From: Candidatus Obscuribacteraceae bacterium | GTDB taxonomy: Bacteria; Cyanobacteriota; Vampirovibrionia; Obscuribacterales; Obscuribacteraceae | Direction: 5' to 3' | Assembly: GCA_044226015.1 (NCBI GenBank) | Contig: JBGAHS010000010.1 | Span: 320,001-384,000 of the forward strand | Length of the DNA: 64,000 nucleotides | Part shown: positions 9,069-19,647 of the stretch, one piece after another | Layout: each line of letters starts with the position of its first letter | How positions within the stretch are numbered: the stretch's first letter is position 1 | The notes under the pieces: generated by a model | What the model was told of the DNA's origin: nothing | The model's input: the letters and a program-made list of their open reading frames with translations, nothing else | Databases searched by the model: none | Translations under genes and position numbers: made by a program

Positions 9069-11660
9069 TCACGCTGACTCAGCAGAGTCAATTGATTTAG
9101 CCTTTGTTTGAATCAGGCTGAATCCCAGCAATCCAATCAGAGCAGCAGCAGCAATTGTAAGGCCCCAGGCCAGGCTTTCTGCAAAATAGTAAAAGCGAAT
9201 GACGTGTTTCCCCTCCGGAACTCTGATCGCTCGATTGATGAGATTAGCTTGAAGAATTTCGCTTGCTTTTCCGTCTACGCTGGCGTTCCATCCTGGATAA
9301 TACTGGTCGCTCAGAATCAATAGCTCATTTTTTCTTGCATCTACCAGCAATTCAATCTCATGGACATCGTCTTTCTTGACCACGAAAGTACTCTTTTCGA
9401 TCTGACTTGAATTGCTGCGATTATTTTCAAGTTCGGTTTTCAATTGCCGATTGGTCTCGTTGTCCAGCAAATGGTCACAGACAAGCAGATCGTCTTCAAT
9501 TTCTTCGGGGTCACATAGCTTCTCTAGAGTTGAATCTAGCGACGCATCAAGCACCAGGTTTTGCGCAAAATGAATTCTACTTCGTGGGTTTATAACCTTA
9601 AAAATGCGCGAGTTATTGCCCAGACTTTTCCCAAAGAGTTCGAATTGCTTATCGTCGAGTTGCGGCAGCGGAAGCTCTTTCGAGAGCAAATAAGCTTGAG
9701 TCAGCACGTATTGACTGGCAGTTATTTGGCAAAAGCGATGTAGTGGCAAATCTGAGACCGCCAGAGGATGATTTCCCACAATATATTGTGAGCTGTATTG
9801 ATTAGCTCGTATGGCAAAATCAAATATTGGCTTTGTGACAGTAGCTTCGTATCCAAAGCTCTGAGGAGTACCGAAGTCAATCGTACTATTTCCTCTTCCC
9901 AGGTTTCTCGAATAGGCGAAGTATTTTTCCTCAAAGGTGGCTTTTCCCTGCGCATCGAACTTCTCACCCACAGCCATAGCCTCTGTGTACAGGGGGAGAA
10001 TTCTTGCTTTGACCCCCGATTGCTGTTTGTCATCTTCCAGAAACTTGTTCAAGTGCGAAAAGAGTTTAGATTCTTCGTTATAAAAGCCTGATTTTGTCAA
10101 TCCTGGAAACGACGCTGACGAGAAATAGAGTGATAAGCAAGTTCCTAACGCAATGATGATTGCAAAAAAATGTCGCGGCAATTTTCCTGAACCTTCAAAA
10201 AAGCTCAGGAGGCAAGTCGTTGTTCCAATGGCTCCGCAAATAAGCAGGCTTACAGAAAGGTTGTGGTTTGCGGCTTTTATCGATTCACCATATCCAGTAT
10301 TGAGGTATTGGTGTCCAAAAAATATCAATGATGTAGAGAACGTCCCTGCCACTCCGATCAAAGCCAGTACGCTAAACACTATTGTGCAAGAGAGTATGAT
10401 TTTGCTTGATGTTCTCTTGTTTAAGACACTGCTGAGACCGAAAGCAGCTAGCAGGTTCAGCAGTAATGTTGGAAAAATGAGCAACTTTACTGGATATCGA
10501 ACCAATGAAAGGGGCGGACAAATCTTAAGCAGAAGCGGCAATAAAAATGTGTTTTCTCCAGCCGCTAGCAGAACTGAAAAAATCAAAGTTCCAAGCAAGT
10601 AAAACCGAAATTTGTTTTCCTTATCAGCTAGTCCAAAAATGCTCAAGACAAAGATTATAGGTCCGACGTAGGCAGAACTTAGGAAGGGAACTGATTGATT
10701 GCGGCTCAATAAGAGATTTTGAATGACAGAGCTGCTGTTGGATAGCAAGCATGGGTCGCCAATCGGATAAGAAAGCAGCATCGCCATGAAATCGTAAGCA
10801 TTGGCGCTCCAGGTCAGAGAGTCTTTTTGCAGAAGACCATTTGCTCTTGGAGATATAGCCGACCATTCCAACACTGGTATTATTAGCGGTGCCGCAAATA
10901 GCAAACCCGCAAAGAAGCTTGCTAGTCGCATGATAGTTTTATTGGAAAATTTCGTTTTGCCGGTCTCGACAAAACTCCGAATACACTCGGAAAAACAGTT
11001 TGCAAAAATGAGTATCTCACTAAACAAAAAGACTTCGGGTCTTCCCCCGTAAATGCTCTGAGAAACACAAAATGCTGCCAAGCACAGACATGCTATCTGT
11101 TTTATTGAACGAGAGCCATCCACCCTGTTTTGAAGGTAAAGTGACAGTGGAAGCCAAGCCGCGCTTGCTAGCAGCGTAGGATTTTTGCTGACTGAAAAAT
11201 TGTAAGCTGCCAGGGCCGAGGCCAAAGCGAGAAGTATGGCGCTGCTCTTTGAGAGCTTCCAGTTTCGCGCAATTAAAAAGGCACCGACTGCTAAAAGCAG
11301 CTGGTGAAAGATCATAAAGAGTGAAAGCCCCTGACTGAATGGAAACGCGAAGAGGAAATAGCTCGGGGCATACAGTATTCCGGGTGAAGGCAAGGCTAGC
11401 TGTGGCATTCCGCAATATAGCAGAGGATTCCATCCGGGAAGACTGCCTTGCAACAAGTGCTCTCTAACAAAGCGGCATAGTGGTTCGAAGAAATAGCTGG
11501 AATCCGAAGCGTAAAAATCAGCTTGCCCAGTGAGAGGCAAAAAATAGTATGAGATAAGCAAAAATAGCAGCCCTAAGAAAGCTGCTATTATCACAAAATT
11601 ATGACGTGAACTCGTGTCTAGATCAACGCCTTCGGTATGCGCAAGACCGTGATTCGACAC
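9069..11660 (-). CDS. YfhO-family polytopic membrane protein (GT-C-like glycosyltransferase)
   Basis: N-terminal PGWNPLLYCGMP, many TM segments, C-terminal LSDQYYPGWNASVDG...RAIRVPEGKHVIRFYY typical of YfhO. Confidence 0.85.
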   Translation of the reverse strand: MSNHGLAHTEGVDLDTSSRHNFVIIAAFLGLLFLLISYYFLPLTGQADFYASDSSYFFEPLCRFVREHLLQGSLPGWNPLLYCGMPQLALPSPGILYAPSYFLFAFPFSQGLSLFMIFHQLLLAVGAFLIARNWKLSKSSAILLALASALAAYNFSVSKNPTLLASAAWLPLSLYLQNRVDGSRSIKQIACLCLAAFCVSQSIYGGRPEVFLFSEILIFANCFSECIRSFVETGKTKFSNKTIMRLASFFAGLLFAAPLIIPVLEWSAISPRANGLLQKDSLTWSANAYDFMAMLLSYPIGDPCLLSNSSSVIQNLLLSRNQSVPFLSSAYVGPIIFVLSIFGLADKENKFRFYLLGTLIFSVLLAAGENTFLLPLLLKICPPLSLVRYPVKLLIFPTLLLNLLAAFGLSSVLNKRTSSKIILSCTIVFSVLALIGVAGTFSTSLIFFGHQYLNTGYGESIKAANHNLSVSLLICGAIGTTTCLLSFFEGSGKLPRHFFAIIIALGTCLSLYFSSASFPGLTKSGFYNEESKLFSHLNKFLEDDKQQSGVKARILPLYTEAMAVGEKFDAQGKATFEEKYFAYSRNLGRGNSTIDFGTPQSFGYEATVTKPIFDFAIRANQYSSQYIVGNHPLAVSDLPLHRFCQITASQYVLTQAYLLSKELPLPQLDDKQFELFGKSLGNNSRIFKVINPRSRIHFAQNLVLDASLDSTLEKLCDPEEIEDDLLVCDHLLDNETNRQLKTELENNRSNSSQIEKSTFVVKKDDVHEIELLVDARKNELLILSDQYYPGWNASVDGKASEILQANLINRAIRVPEGKHVIRFYYFAESLAWGLTIAAAALIGLLGFSLIQTKAKSIDSAESA

Positions 11661-11672
11661 TTCAATTTACCG

Positions 11673-11972
11673 TTAGCTTGAGCTCCACTTGGAGCCCATG
11701 GTTTGACCGATACGGAAACCCTGGATGAAGTTGGCACGAGACAGCTGATAAAGTTCGTTCAGAGCTTGTATGTCGTCGATACCATATTTGGTGGCTATCG
11801 CATTTACTTGTTGCATAGCCATTGCTGAAAAATATACGGAAACTTCTTCGCGGACTTCGCCCATGCCTTGATTTGGAAGACGCAAGATTGCTTTTCCGAA
11901 ATCGTTAAAGACTGCTTCTTTGAGTTCATCGTTTAGAACTTCATTGAAGAACGAATCGCTTTTGCACGCCAT
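11673..11972 (-). CDS. Hypothetical protein
   Basis: ~99-aa ORF co-oriented between UDG and YfhO; GAGG upstream of ATG 11972. Confidence 0.7.
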   Translation of the reverse strand: MACKSDSFFNEVLNDELKEAVFNDFGKAILRLPNQGMGEVREEVSVYFSAMAMQQVNAIATKYGIDDIQALNELYQLSRANFIQGFRIGQTMGSKWSSS

Positions 11973-12014
11973 GATCAACCTCTTTTTCTTTCTTTCGCTG
12001 ATTTTTTTTTTGAA

Positions 12015-12662
12015 TCAGTTTAGTTCGCTGAGTGCTCTGGCTACTTCCTTGATGTCCTGCCACATGTGCCACTTGGGACTTCCGACTTCACGTGAGTCAT
12101 TTCTAAGCAGGTAGGAAGGGTGAAATACAGGCATTACTTTAGCACCACTTTGGTGTGGAAACCACTTCCCTCTAACTCGGCTGATCGGATCTTTAGATTT
12201 CAAAACTGCTTGGAGGGCTGTTCCGCCTGAAAGAAGAATGAGTTTTGGTTTAACGATGGCGATTTGTGCATCAAGAAATGGACGGCACTTTTCGACCTCA
12301 TTTGGCTCGGGTACTCGATTTCCCGGCGGACGGCATTTGACTACATTACATATGTAGACGTCCCTGTCCTTATCTATGTTTGCTGAAGCTAAAATTTTGT
12401 CAAGAAGTTGCCCAGCTTTACCAACGAAAGGAAATCCCGTTAAGTCTTCTTGTTGCCCTGGTCCTTCACCGATAATCATGAGTTTCGCTTCAGGATTTCC
12501 GCGTGAAACTACGGTTTTGCTGCGGTTCTTACATAGTCCGCATCGCTTACATGATTCGACGAGCGCTTTAAGTTCGTCTAAGTCTGCGATTTCTTCCGGC
12601 AGTTCTTGTATTTCCGGCGCAGAATTAGCTTGCTCATTCGCAAGTAGGTTTAGCTGGCGCAT
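12015..12662 (-). CDS. Uracil-DNA glycosylase family 4 (Fe-S)
   Basis: CKRCGLC, GEGPG, PFVGKAG, NVVKCRPPGNR, FHPSYLLR. Confidence 0.95.
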   Translation of the reverse strand: MRQLNLLANEQANSAPEIQELPEEIADLDELKALVESCKRCGLCKNRSKTVVSRGNPEAKLMIIGEGPGQQEDLTGFPFVGKAGQLLDKILASANIDKDRDVYICNVVKCRPPGNRVPEPNEVEKCRPFLDAQIAIVKPKLILLSGGTALQAVLKSKDPISRVRGKWFPHQSGAKVMPVFHPSYLLRNDSREVGSPKWHMWQDIKEVARALSELN

Positions 12663-12813
12663 ATGCTTCCTCTATGCACGAGGTCTAGCGATGTATATCA
12701 CCGCATTTGGTGCCGGAATTATACTAGAGGAAGACTTGCGCCCTGTAAATGTACTATTTGTTTAGCTATATAAATAGTGCATAGTTTGAATGAGTGAAGA
12801 GCTAGTCACCGAC

Positions 12814-13710
12814 TCAACTCGGAGTCACGGGTGCTTCATAGAAAGGGCTTTTCATTACCGTCGTGTTGCTCATTGGGCTGGGACCAATCGAAGAACCCAA
12901 TTCTCTCGGCGACAAACGGCAAATCTCATTCTTGAGGCTGCCTTCTGCAAGTCCCAGGCAGACTTCAGCAGCGCGCGCGAATTTTTCAGCGTCACCAGTA
13001 CAGAAGTAGGTGTGCTTGGTTAGCGCGATTTGCTCGTTGTTTTCAGTGTTAGCATTAGATGTGGTGGCAATAATTTCGTTTGCCAGATGCACTGCTGGGT
13101 CAACATATTCCACATTCTCACCGAGTGCTTTTGCAAATGCGCCTTCCAAAAAGGGGAAGTGCGTGCAGCCAAAGATCAATGAGTCGAGCTTGAACTCCTT
13201 TAGTTGTACGATATATTTTTCTATCGTTCTGTCAACTTCTTCACCGCTCAATACTCCTCTCTCGACCATCGGAACGAGATCGGGGCAGGGTAATTCAAAC
13301 ACTTCAACATTTGGGTTTATGGACTCGATTGCTTTCTTAAAGGCATTCGTTTTGCAGGTAGTAGCCGTAGCTATAACAGCAATTCTCTTGAACTTTGGTG
13401 CTACATATTTAGCAGTCGAACTAATGAGGTCGTAAACTGGAACCTCACTCAAGCTGCGAGCAAGCGGCGCTGCAACTGCGGCACTGGTGTTGCACGCCAT
13501 GACTATCTGGTCAACTGCAGAGCTGTTGAACCAGCTGATGATTTCTTCAACGAACGTGCTGATTTCATTGCTGCTTCTATTTCCGTAAGGGCAGCGCTCT
13601 GTATCACCTAGATATACAAACTTCAGATTGCCCTGTTTTGCAGCAAGTGAGCGCAGAATGCTGAGCCCACCAACACCCGAATCAAAAAGTCCTATTCGCT
13701 TTCCTGACAT
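12814..13710 (-). CDS. murI: Glutamate racemase
   Basis: IGLFDSGVGGLS, PYG, ACNTS, GCTHFP; start at MSGKRIG (13710). Confidence 0.96.
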   Translation of the reverse strand: MSGKRIGLFDSGVGGLSILRSLAAKQGNLKFVYLGDTERCPYGNRSSNEISTFVEEIISWFNSSAVDQIVMACNTSAAVAAPLARSLSEVPVYDLISSTAKYVAPKFKRIAVIATATTCKTNAFKKAIESINPNVEVFELPCPDLVPMVERGVLSGEEVDRTIEKYIVQLKEFKLDSLIFGCTHFPFLEGAFAKALGENVEYVDPAVHLANEIIATTSNANTENNEQIALTKHTYFCTGDAEKFARAAEVCLGLAEGSLKNEICRLSPRELGSSIGPSPMSNTTVMKSPFYEAPVTPS

Positions 13711-13732
13711 AAACTTGATGACTCCTGCAATA

Positions 13733-16417
13733 CTAATTTGGGTTACGTCTGTCCTGGGCAATTCGTTTCATTAGCGTATTTGCTATTGAATTATCTTTTG
13801 AATCCTTTGATTCTTGTTTTATCGCACTTAGTCCTTGTTTCGCTAGCATTGGAACAAGCCTGTTTGTAAATTGCAGGTTATTATTTGTGCTTGAAGTCGA
13901 AATTGCCGGTGCAACAGGCTCTGTCGGGTTTGTCAGGAAGAGAATAACACCTTGACCGACGGACTCGGCAATTTTCTCCTGATAATCAGACGAGATTAAT
14001 TTATCTCTTTCATCTTTGTTGGATATAAATCCGACTTCTGCAAGCACTGCAGGTTGCTCGCTGTGATTAACAACGTAAAAGCGAGCTTTACGCACTGAGC
14101 GGTCTGGCACCTTCAATCCATCAACTAATTTGATGTGAATTTTGTCCGCCAATGCTCGGCTGGGTTCGGTCTGGTAGTAGGTTTCTATTCCTTTTATATC
14201 TCGATCGGTTTCTAGCGAGTTAATGTGAATTGAAACGAAAGCATCAGGATGACTCTCTCTGCAAATTCGCACTCGATCTTCAAGCGAGACAAAAGTATCG
14301 TCGCTACGTGTCATGCGAACCTTGACGCCGTGTGATTCCAGATACTTTTTCAATCTGTTAGTGATGGCCATAGTGAGATCTTTTTCTTGAACATCACCAC
14401 GTTGTGCTCCTGGGTCCGAGCCACCGTGTCCAGCATCCAAAACCACCGTACGAAGTCCTTTTAACGACAAACCATCGGTTAAATCGCTAGCATCATTGCT
14501 AAGTGATATTGAAAAGCAGTCCTGATTTGCGTTCACCTCAGTTTCTGCATGAGTCTTATCCTGTGCCAGGTCGAGAACTATGCGACCTCGCGTCGGCTCA
14601 GGATTGCCAAAACGGATAGTTTTTAAGAATGGATTTTGTTCAGGCTCTTGAGTCGCCACTGTGCTTAAATCGACATTATCGACATCGATCACATATCTCG
14701 GTGGATTATCAATTCTAAATGCTTTGTAAGTCACCGGCGAAGGAAACTTGAGTCGCATTTTGTATGGCGCTTTGCTCAAATATTCCAGCGTCGGACACGG
14801 AGCCAATCCGTTGTCGTCGTTGTTGACGGTTTTGTTACTGGAATCGCCAAGCACTTTACTGGTCTCACCCTGAGCCTTTTCAGGCTTTACTGACTCGGCT
14901 TTCTCCAGGTCGGTTCCCAGCGATGAGCGCAGATCTTTCTTGAGTTCATTTTTTATCTTATTTGAAAGCTCTGATTTTTTGTTGCTCTGAACTTCAGGCT
15001 GAGAATTTATGATTGACTCCTGCGGTGGCCAGGTTCTGATGGATGGAACTTTAAGTTCATTTGCCAGTCTCTTTTCCTTTTCTTCCTGGTGTTTGTTCTT
15101 CGCCTGCTGACGATCTGCAACAGTCAGGGCTTTGCCTGCTGAAAGTTCTGGCAAGCTCGTAGCTGCGTCGCCATTCCTGCTTGCGACGTTCGGGACTGAG
15201 CTTGAATTGGCGGAAGCACTAGCGAGTTGACTTCTTGTCAGTGCGGAATTTGTGCCACTTCCACTGGTGCTCTCTACGTTTGCGCTGCTTTTCCTCAGGT
15301 TCGGTGTTGTTGCTGCCCATAGTGAGTTTTGTGTGCCACTATTTATGGTGCCGCCAATAGCATTGTTGCCATTAACTCTGCCGTTATTAGCGCTGACAAC
15401 TTTATGATTGCTTGAAGCGCGATCGTACTGAGGCGCCGCTAAAGGCATGTCCTTGCTTTCTGTAAGAGGCAAGTCAGTCAAATAGGTGTTTCTCGTCACG
15501 CCTTTGTAGGTAGTGGACTTAACTCCACGCGTTGAACTTGTGCTGATAGTTGTTTCAGTGCTGACTGTATCCGTCTTGACTAAGCCTCGTTCTGCTTGCT
15601 GCGCGGGATAAGTCGTTCCGGTATTTTCGGCATTACTTGCACGAGAAGAATCTGCCGGCGCATCCAGTGTTCCTAAATTCATATAGAGTCCACCCTTACG
15701 AAAAGGCGGATTGTCTGTCGAAATTTGTTTGCTCGAACCTGTTTGCGAATTACGATTTTTTGCTGCTGTGTACGAACGATAATCGTCGTTTTCCGTTCTT
15801 TTGCTCACAGTTTGATCTTGTAAAGACCTGTGCTTGCTGTTGAGGTCTGGTGCGACCGGTGGCAATTTTGAAATTGAGAGTGCCGTTGCTTTTAGACCCG
15901 TAAGGTTTTTATCAGAACCAAATGCTGGCACCGCAGGCGATGCTATTGCTGGTGCGATGTCGTAGGCAAATGCCCGTTCGGGAAATTTAATTAGCAGGGC
16001 TTTTCCCCGGTTTGCAAATTCTATCTTTTTAAACACCGATGGATTAGAACTAGTTATTGAAACTCTGAGAACCGGCGGACTCTCCTGAAATTGCCCGACC
16101 CTTATCGATTCTATATCTCGATTAGCTGCTTTGAATAATCTTGATTCTTGACTCCAGACCAATCCGCTAAAGTCTGCCAGCAGCGTGCTTTTCCCGTCTT
16201 GCCTGTTTAGAATCTGAATACTTGGTGCTGCAAGCAACGTGTTGCTTTGCAAGTTCAGTAACAGAAAGTTACCGGCACTGTCTTCTGAAATCGATGCGAC
16301 TTTCTGATAACGCTGTCTTCCCAGAGGCTCATTCTGTGCCTCTGCCCGATAATCTGTATTTGAGATGATGGTGATAAGGAGAAGAAGCTTGGCTATAGTA
16401 CTGCTTTCCAGCCTCAT
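13733..16417 (-). CDS. amiC: N-acetylmuramoyl-L-alanine amidase (AMIN-like domains plus Amidase_3)
   Basis: Signal peptide; two AMIN-like segments; VVLDAGHGGSDPGA, E, FVSIHINS, VLAEVGFISN; directly upstream of murI. Confidence 0.9.
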   Translation of the reverse strand: MRLESSTIAKLLLLITIISNTDYRAEAQNEPLGRQRYQKVASISEDSAGNFLLLNLQSNTLLAAPSIQILNRQDGKSTLLADFSGLVWSQESRLFKAANRDIESIRVGQFQESPPVLRVSITSSNPSVFKKIEFANRGKALLIKFPERAFAYDIAPAIASPAVPAFGSDKNLTGLKATALSISKLPPVAPDLNSKHRSLQDQTVSKRTENDDYRSYTAAKNRNSQTGSSKQISTDNPPFRKGGLYMNLGTLDAPADSSRASNAENTGTTYPAQQAERGLVKTDTVSTETTISTSSTRGVKSTTYKGVTRNTYLTDLPLTESKDMPLAAPQYDRASSNHKVVSANNGRVNGNNAIGGTINSGTQNSLWAATTPNLRKSSANVESTSGSGTNSALTRSQLASASANSSSVPNVASRNGDAATSLPELSAGKALTVADRQQAKNKHQEEKEKRLANELKVPSIRTWPPQESIINSQPEVQSNKKSELSNKIKNELKKDLRSSLGTDLEKAESVKPEKAQGETSKVLGDSSNKTVNNDDNGLAPCPTLEYLSKAPYKMRLKFPSPVTYKAFRIDNPPRYVIDVDNVDLSTVATQEPEQNPFLKTIRFGNPEPTRGRIVLDLAQDKTHAETEVNANQDCFSISLSNDASDLTDGLSLKGLRTVVLDAGHGGSDPGAQRGDVQEKDLTMAITNRLKKYLESHGVKVRMTRSDDTFVSLEDRVRICRESHPDAFVSIHINSLETDRDIKGIETYYQTEPSRALADKIHIKLVDGLKVPDRSVRKARFYVVNHSEQPAVLAEVGFISNKDERDKLISSDYQEKIAESVGQGVILFLTNPTEPVAPAISTSSTNNNLQFTNRLVPMLAKQGLSAIKQESKDSKDNSIANTLMKRIAQDRRNPN

Positions 16418-16744
16418 GAACGCACCTTAACCTTTCTAGAGCCTCATTCTAACACGTTGTTTTCAAACTCCAAGCAGGAATTTTTCTGCCTGCTTGGCAT
16501 CGCTTGCCACCACCCGCGAAGCCTTGCTTAAAAATCTTTGGCGGAAGCTTTTTACCTTATCTGCTACTCTCTAATGGTTTATTCGAGCTCTGAATTCGGT
16601 TGACTCCGAGCTTGCCAGGGGTGTTCCCAGGGAAAGCTGTTTTTTATTTGAGATCTGAGTAGCGGATCTGAGCGGCGAATAAAACGGGACTCCATTTGGC
16701 GTTCTGATTTGATGGGTGATTTTGACTATGGGGAGTTTTCTTAC

Positions 16745-18874
16745 ATGGCGGGCGAAGAACTGATTTACCAGTACGCACCGATAGGCTGCGCTGTTGGTGC
16801 CATTCTCTACGGAGCGATGGCGGGCGGGTGGGTAGTCAAACTACCTGCAGGCAATGAAAAAATGCAACAGATAGCAAGTGCTATCCAAGAGGGTGCTGAC
16901 GCATACATGAAGCGTCAATACTCCTCAGTAGCTGTTGTGGGAGTTGTTCTTTTCGGAGTAATTTTTGGCACGCTCGGTATGAACACTGCTATAGGTTTTG
17001 CTGTTGGAGCAATCTTCAGTGCTCTAGCGGGATTCATCGGAATGTTTGTTTCGGTGAGAGCAAATGTCAGAACTGCAGAAGCTGCAAGAGACGGTTTGCC
17101 TAAAGCACTTGATGTGGCATTCCGCGGCGGTTCGGTTACAGGCTTACTAGTTGTTGGACTCGGTCTTCTCGGAGTAGCAGGCTTCCACTGCATATTCCAT
17201 GATGTCAATGCGCTCATTGGACTCGGCTTCGGTGCAAGTTTGATTTCGGTGTTCGCAAGACTAGGTGGTGGCATCTACACCAAAGCTGCTGACGTAGGCG
17301 CAGACCTTGTAGGTAAAGTAGAAGCAGGTATTCCTGAAGATGACCCTCGGAACCCTGCAGTAATTGCAGACAACGTTGGCGACAACGTCGGTGACTGTGC
17401 AGGTATGGCGGCTGACCTTTTCGAAACATACGCTGTAACAGCAGTTGCAACCATGCTGCTTGCAAAAATCGTTTTCAAAGTTGCTGATGCTGATATGGCG
17501 ACCTCAATGGTTCTGCTGTATCCGCTTGCACTCGGAGGCATTTCAATCATCGCCTCGATTATCGGTACGTTCTGCGTTAAGCTCGGCAACAACGACACCA
17601 AAATCATGGGCGCTCTCTATAAAGGATTGATCGTCGCCGGCGCACTTTCCGCCGGTGGCTTCTATGTAGTGACCGATAAGATGATGGCTGGACTTCAGCT
17701 AGATGGTCACCCAGTCTCCACAATGAATTTCTTCCTCGCTTCGCTTGTTGGTCTTGTCGTAACTGGTTTGATTGTGTGGATCACTGAATACTACACTTCG
17801 ACAGACTATCAACCGGTTCGCTACATCGCGAAGGCGTCCGAAACCGGTCACGCAACCAACATCATTGCTGGTCTCGCTGTTTCGATGAAATCAACAGCAC
17901 TTCCAGTAATCGTTATCATCGCTGGTATTTTGATTTCTTATGTTCTCTGCGGCATCTTCGGAGTTGCACTCGCTGCAATGTCCATGTTGAGTATGGCTGG
18001 CATCATCGTTGCGATTGACTCTTACGGTCCTATCACAGACAACGCTGGTGGTATCGCTGAAATGTCTGAACTTCCAAAAGAAGTTCGCGCAGTAACAGAC
18101 CCACTCGACGCAGTTGGTAACACAACTAAAGCAGTAACCAAAGGTTATGCTATCGGTTCAGCAGGTCTTGCAGCTATCGTGTTGTTCTCTTCTTACACAC
18201 AAGAGTTGATCAACAAAGTTGCAGAATTGCACAAAGACCTTCCACCTGATCAGCTTGCAGCAATGCTGAGTAAGCTTACCTTCAAGCTTGATGACCCATA
18301 TGTACTCGCTGGTCTCTTCCTCGGCGGATTGATTCCGTTCTTGTTCGCAGCATTCGCAATGGAAGCTGTGGGCGCTGCCGGCGGCATGGTCGTAGAAGAA
18401 GTTCGTCGCCAGTTCAGAGAAAAGCCCGGTATCATGGACGGTACCGCTAAGCCAGACTACGGTTCTTGCGTAGACATCGTAACCAAGGCAGCAATCCAAA
18501 AGATGGTTATTCCAGCTTTGTTGCCTGTAATGACACCAGTTGTTATTGCTGGGCTCGGAGTTGTTTGGTTGAACAATGCTCTTCCTGGTGAATTCGCAGC
18601 AGCGAAAATCATCGGTGGTGTACTCGTTGGATCTATTATCACCGGATTGTTCGTAGCAATCTCGATGACTTCTGGCGGTGGCGCTTGGGATAACGCTAAG
18701 AAGTACATTGAAGAAGGCAACCATGGTGGCAAAGGTTCTGATGCTCACAAAGCGGCAGTAACTGGTGACACAGTCGGTGACCCATACAAGGACACCGCTG
18801 GTCCAGCTATCAACCCGATGATCAAGATTTTGAACATCGTTGCACTACTCCTGGTGGCATACCTCGTTAAGTAG
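16745..18874 (+). CDS. hppA: Membrane-bound H+-translocating pyrophosphatase, K+-independent type
   Basis: [36 protein letters not shown] (Lys marks K+-independence), [19 protein letters not shown] before ATG 16745. Confidence 0.96.
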   Translation: MAGEELIYQYAPIGCAVGAILYGAMAGGWVVKLPAGNEKMQQIASAIQEGADAYMKRQYSSVAVVGVVLFGVIFGTLGMNTAIGFAVGAIFSALAGFIGMFVSVRANVRTAEAARDGLPKALDVAFRGGSVTGLLVVGLGLLGVAGFHCIFHDVNALIGLGFGASLISVFARLGGGIYTKAADVGADLVGKVEAGIPEDDPRNPAVIADNVGDNVGDCAGMAADLFETYAVTAVATMLLAKIVFKVADADMATSMVLLYPLALGGISIIASIIGTFCVKLGNNDTKIMGALYKGLIVAGALSAGGFYVVTDKMMAGLQLDGHPVSTMNFFLASLVGLVVTGLIVWITEYYTSTDYQPVRYIAKASETGHATNIIAGLAVSMKSTALPVIVIIAGILISYVLCGIFGVALAAMSMLSMAGIIVAIDSYGPITDNAGGIAEMSELPKEVRAVTDPLDAVGNTTKAVTKGYAIGSAGLAAIVLFSSYTQELINKVAELHKDLPPDQLAAMLSKLTFKLDDPYVLAGLFLGGLIPFLFAAFAMEAVGAAGGMVVEEVRRQFREKPGIMDGTAKPDYGSCVDIVTKAAIQKMVIPALLPVMTPVVIAGLGVVWLNNALPGEFAAAKIIGGVLVGSIITGLFVAISMTSGGGAWDNAKKYIEEGNHGGKGSDAHKAAVTGDTVGDPYKDTAGPAINPMIKILNIVALLLVAYLVK

Positions 18875-18889
18875 GAAGTGCGGTCGTAG

Positions 18890-19351
18890 ATGCAGATTCG
18901 AGCTGGCAATCGTCAGGATGAACCAATCATCCGAACCATAATCTTCCAATCTATGGAAGAGCTTGGTCTCGAATCTGATCTCGACGGGCGTGATAATGAC
19001 CTGCGCAACATCGAGCGCAACTACTTCTGGTACGACGGACTCTGCCTTGTCGTTGAAAACGACGGACAAACACTCGGAGTGCTAGCAGGTAAAAGAGATG
19101 AAAAAGACGAGAGAGTTTTGATACTCTCTCGTCTTGCAGTTTTAAAAGCTGTTAGACGCCGCCACTACGGCTCCGCATTGATGAAGTCGATGCTCTTTTT
19201 TGCTGCAAATATGGAATACGAAAAGGTTCGAATTGAAGTTCCGGGCTTCGCCGACGGACTCAAGTTCTTCCCCGAGCCATTTCTCAAGGCATTCGATTTT
19301 AAAAATGCAGAGCTAAGTTTGCAGAACTCTCCGCAGAAAATTTACCGTTAG
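18890..19351 (+). CDS. GNAT family acetyltransferase
   Basis: LSRLAVLKAVRRRHYGSALM resembles acetyl-CoA motif A; 15 bp after hppA. Confidence 0.75.
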   Translation: MQIRAGNRQDEPIIRTIIFQSMEELGLESDLDGRDNDLRNIERNYFWYDGLCLVVENDGQTLGVLAGKRDEKDERVLILSRLAVLKAVRRRHYGSALMKSMLFFAANMEYEKVRIEVPGFADGLKFFPEPFLKAFDFKNAELSLQNSPQKIYR

Positions 19352-19410
19352 TCCAATCTGTTTTTAGCTGAATCGAACATGCCGAACCGAAGGCGCATGG
19401 TGATGCTCTT

Positions 19411-19580
19411 GCGGATCCCTTGGGCATGGGTACCAATACTAAATGCGGATCCCGATTGAGTACGGATCCCTGTACCAATGCTAAATGTGGATCACGGTGC
19501 CAAAACTTGATGCGGATCCGATTGAGTACGGATACCAATGCTAAGTGCGGATCCCGGTACCAATACTAAACAGGATCCCC
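19411..19580. repeat. Degenerate mosaic tandem repeat rich in GGATCC/GGTACC
   Basis: Five ~25-nt units like GTACCAATRCTAAATGCGGATCCC interleaved with two GATTGAGTACGGAT units. Confidence 0.85.
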
Positions 19581-19591
19581 AGTGTTCAGCC

Positions 19592-19623
19592 AAAAGAAAA
19601 GGAGAGGGACTATTCCCTCTCCT
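19592..19623 (-). terminator. Intrinsic terminator of ftsZ
   Basis: Minus strand AGGAGAGGGA-atag-TCCCTCTCCT then TTTCTTTT. Confidence 0.85.
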
Positions 19624-19647
19624 GAATGCGCCTACATCTTTATAGCG

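Noticed and set aside
16418..16744. Fluoride or Na+ riboswitch upstream of hppA
   Set aside because: Hairpins are present (e.g. CCAAGCAGG/CCTGCTTGG) but I could not match a known consensus by eye; an Rfam scan would settle it.
19411..19580. CRISPR array
   Set aside because: Units are degenerate and abut each other, the intervening sequences are themselves repeated, and there are no cas genes in the window.
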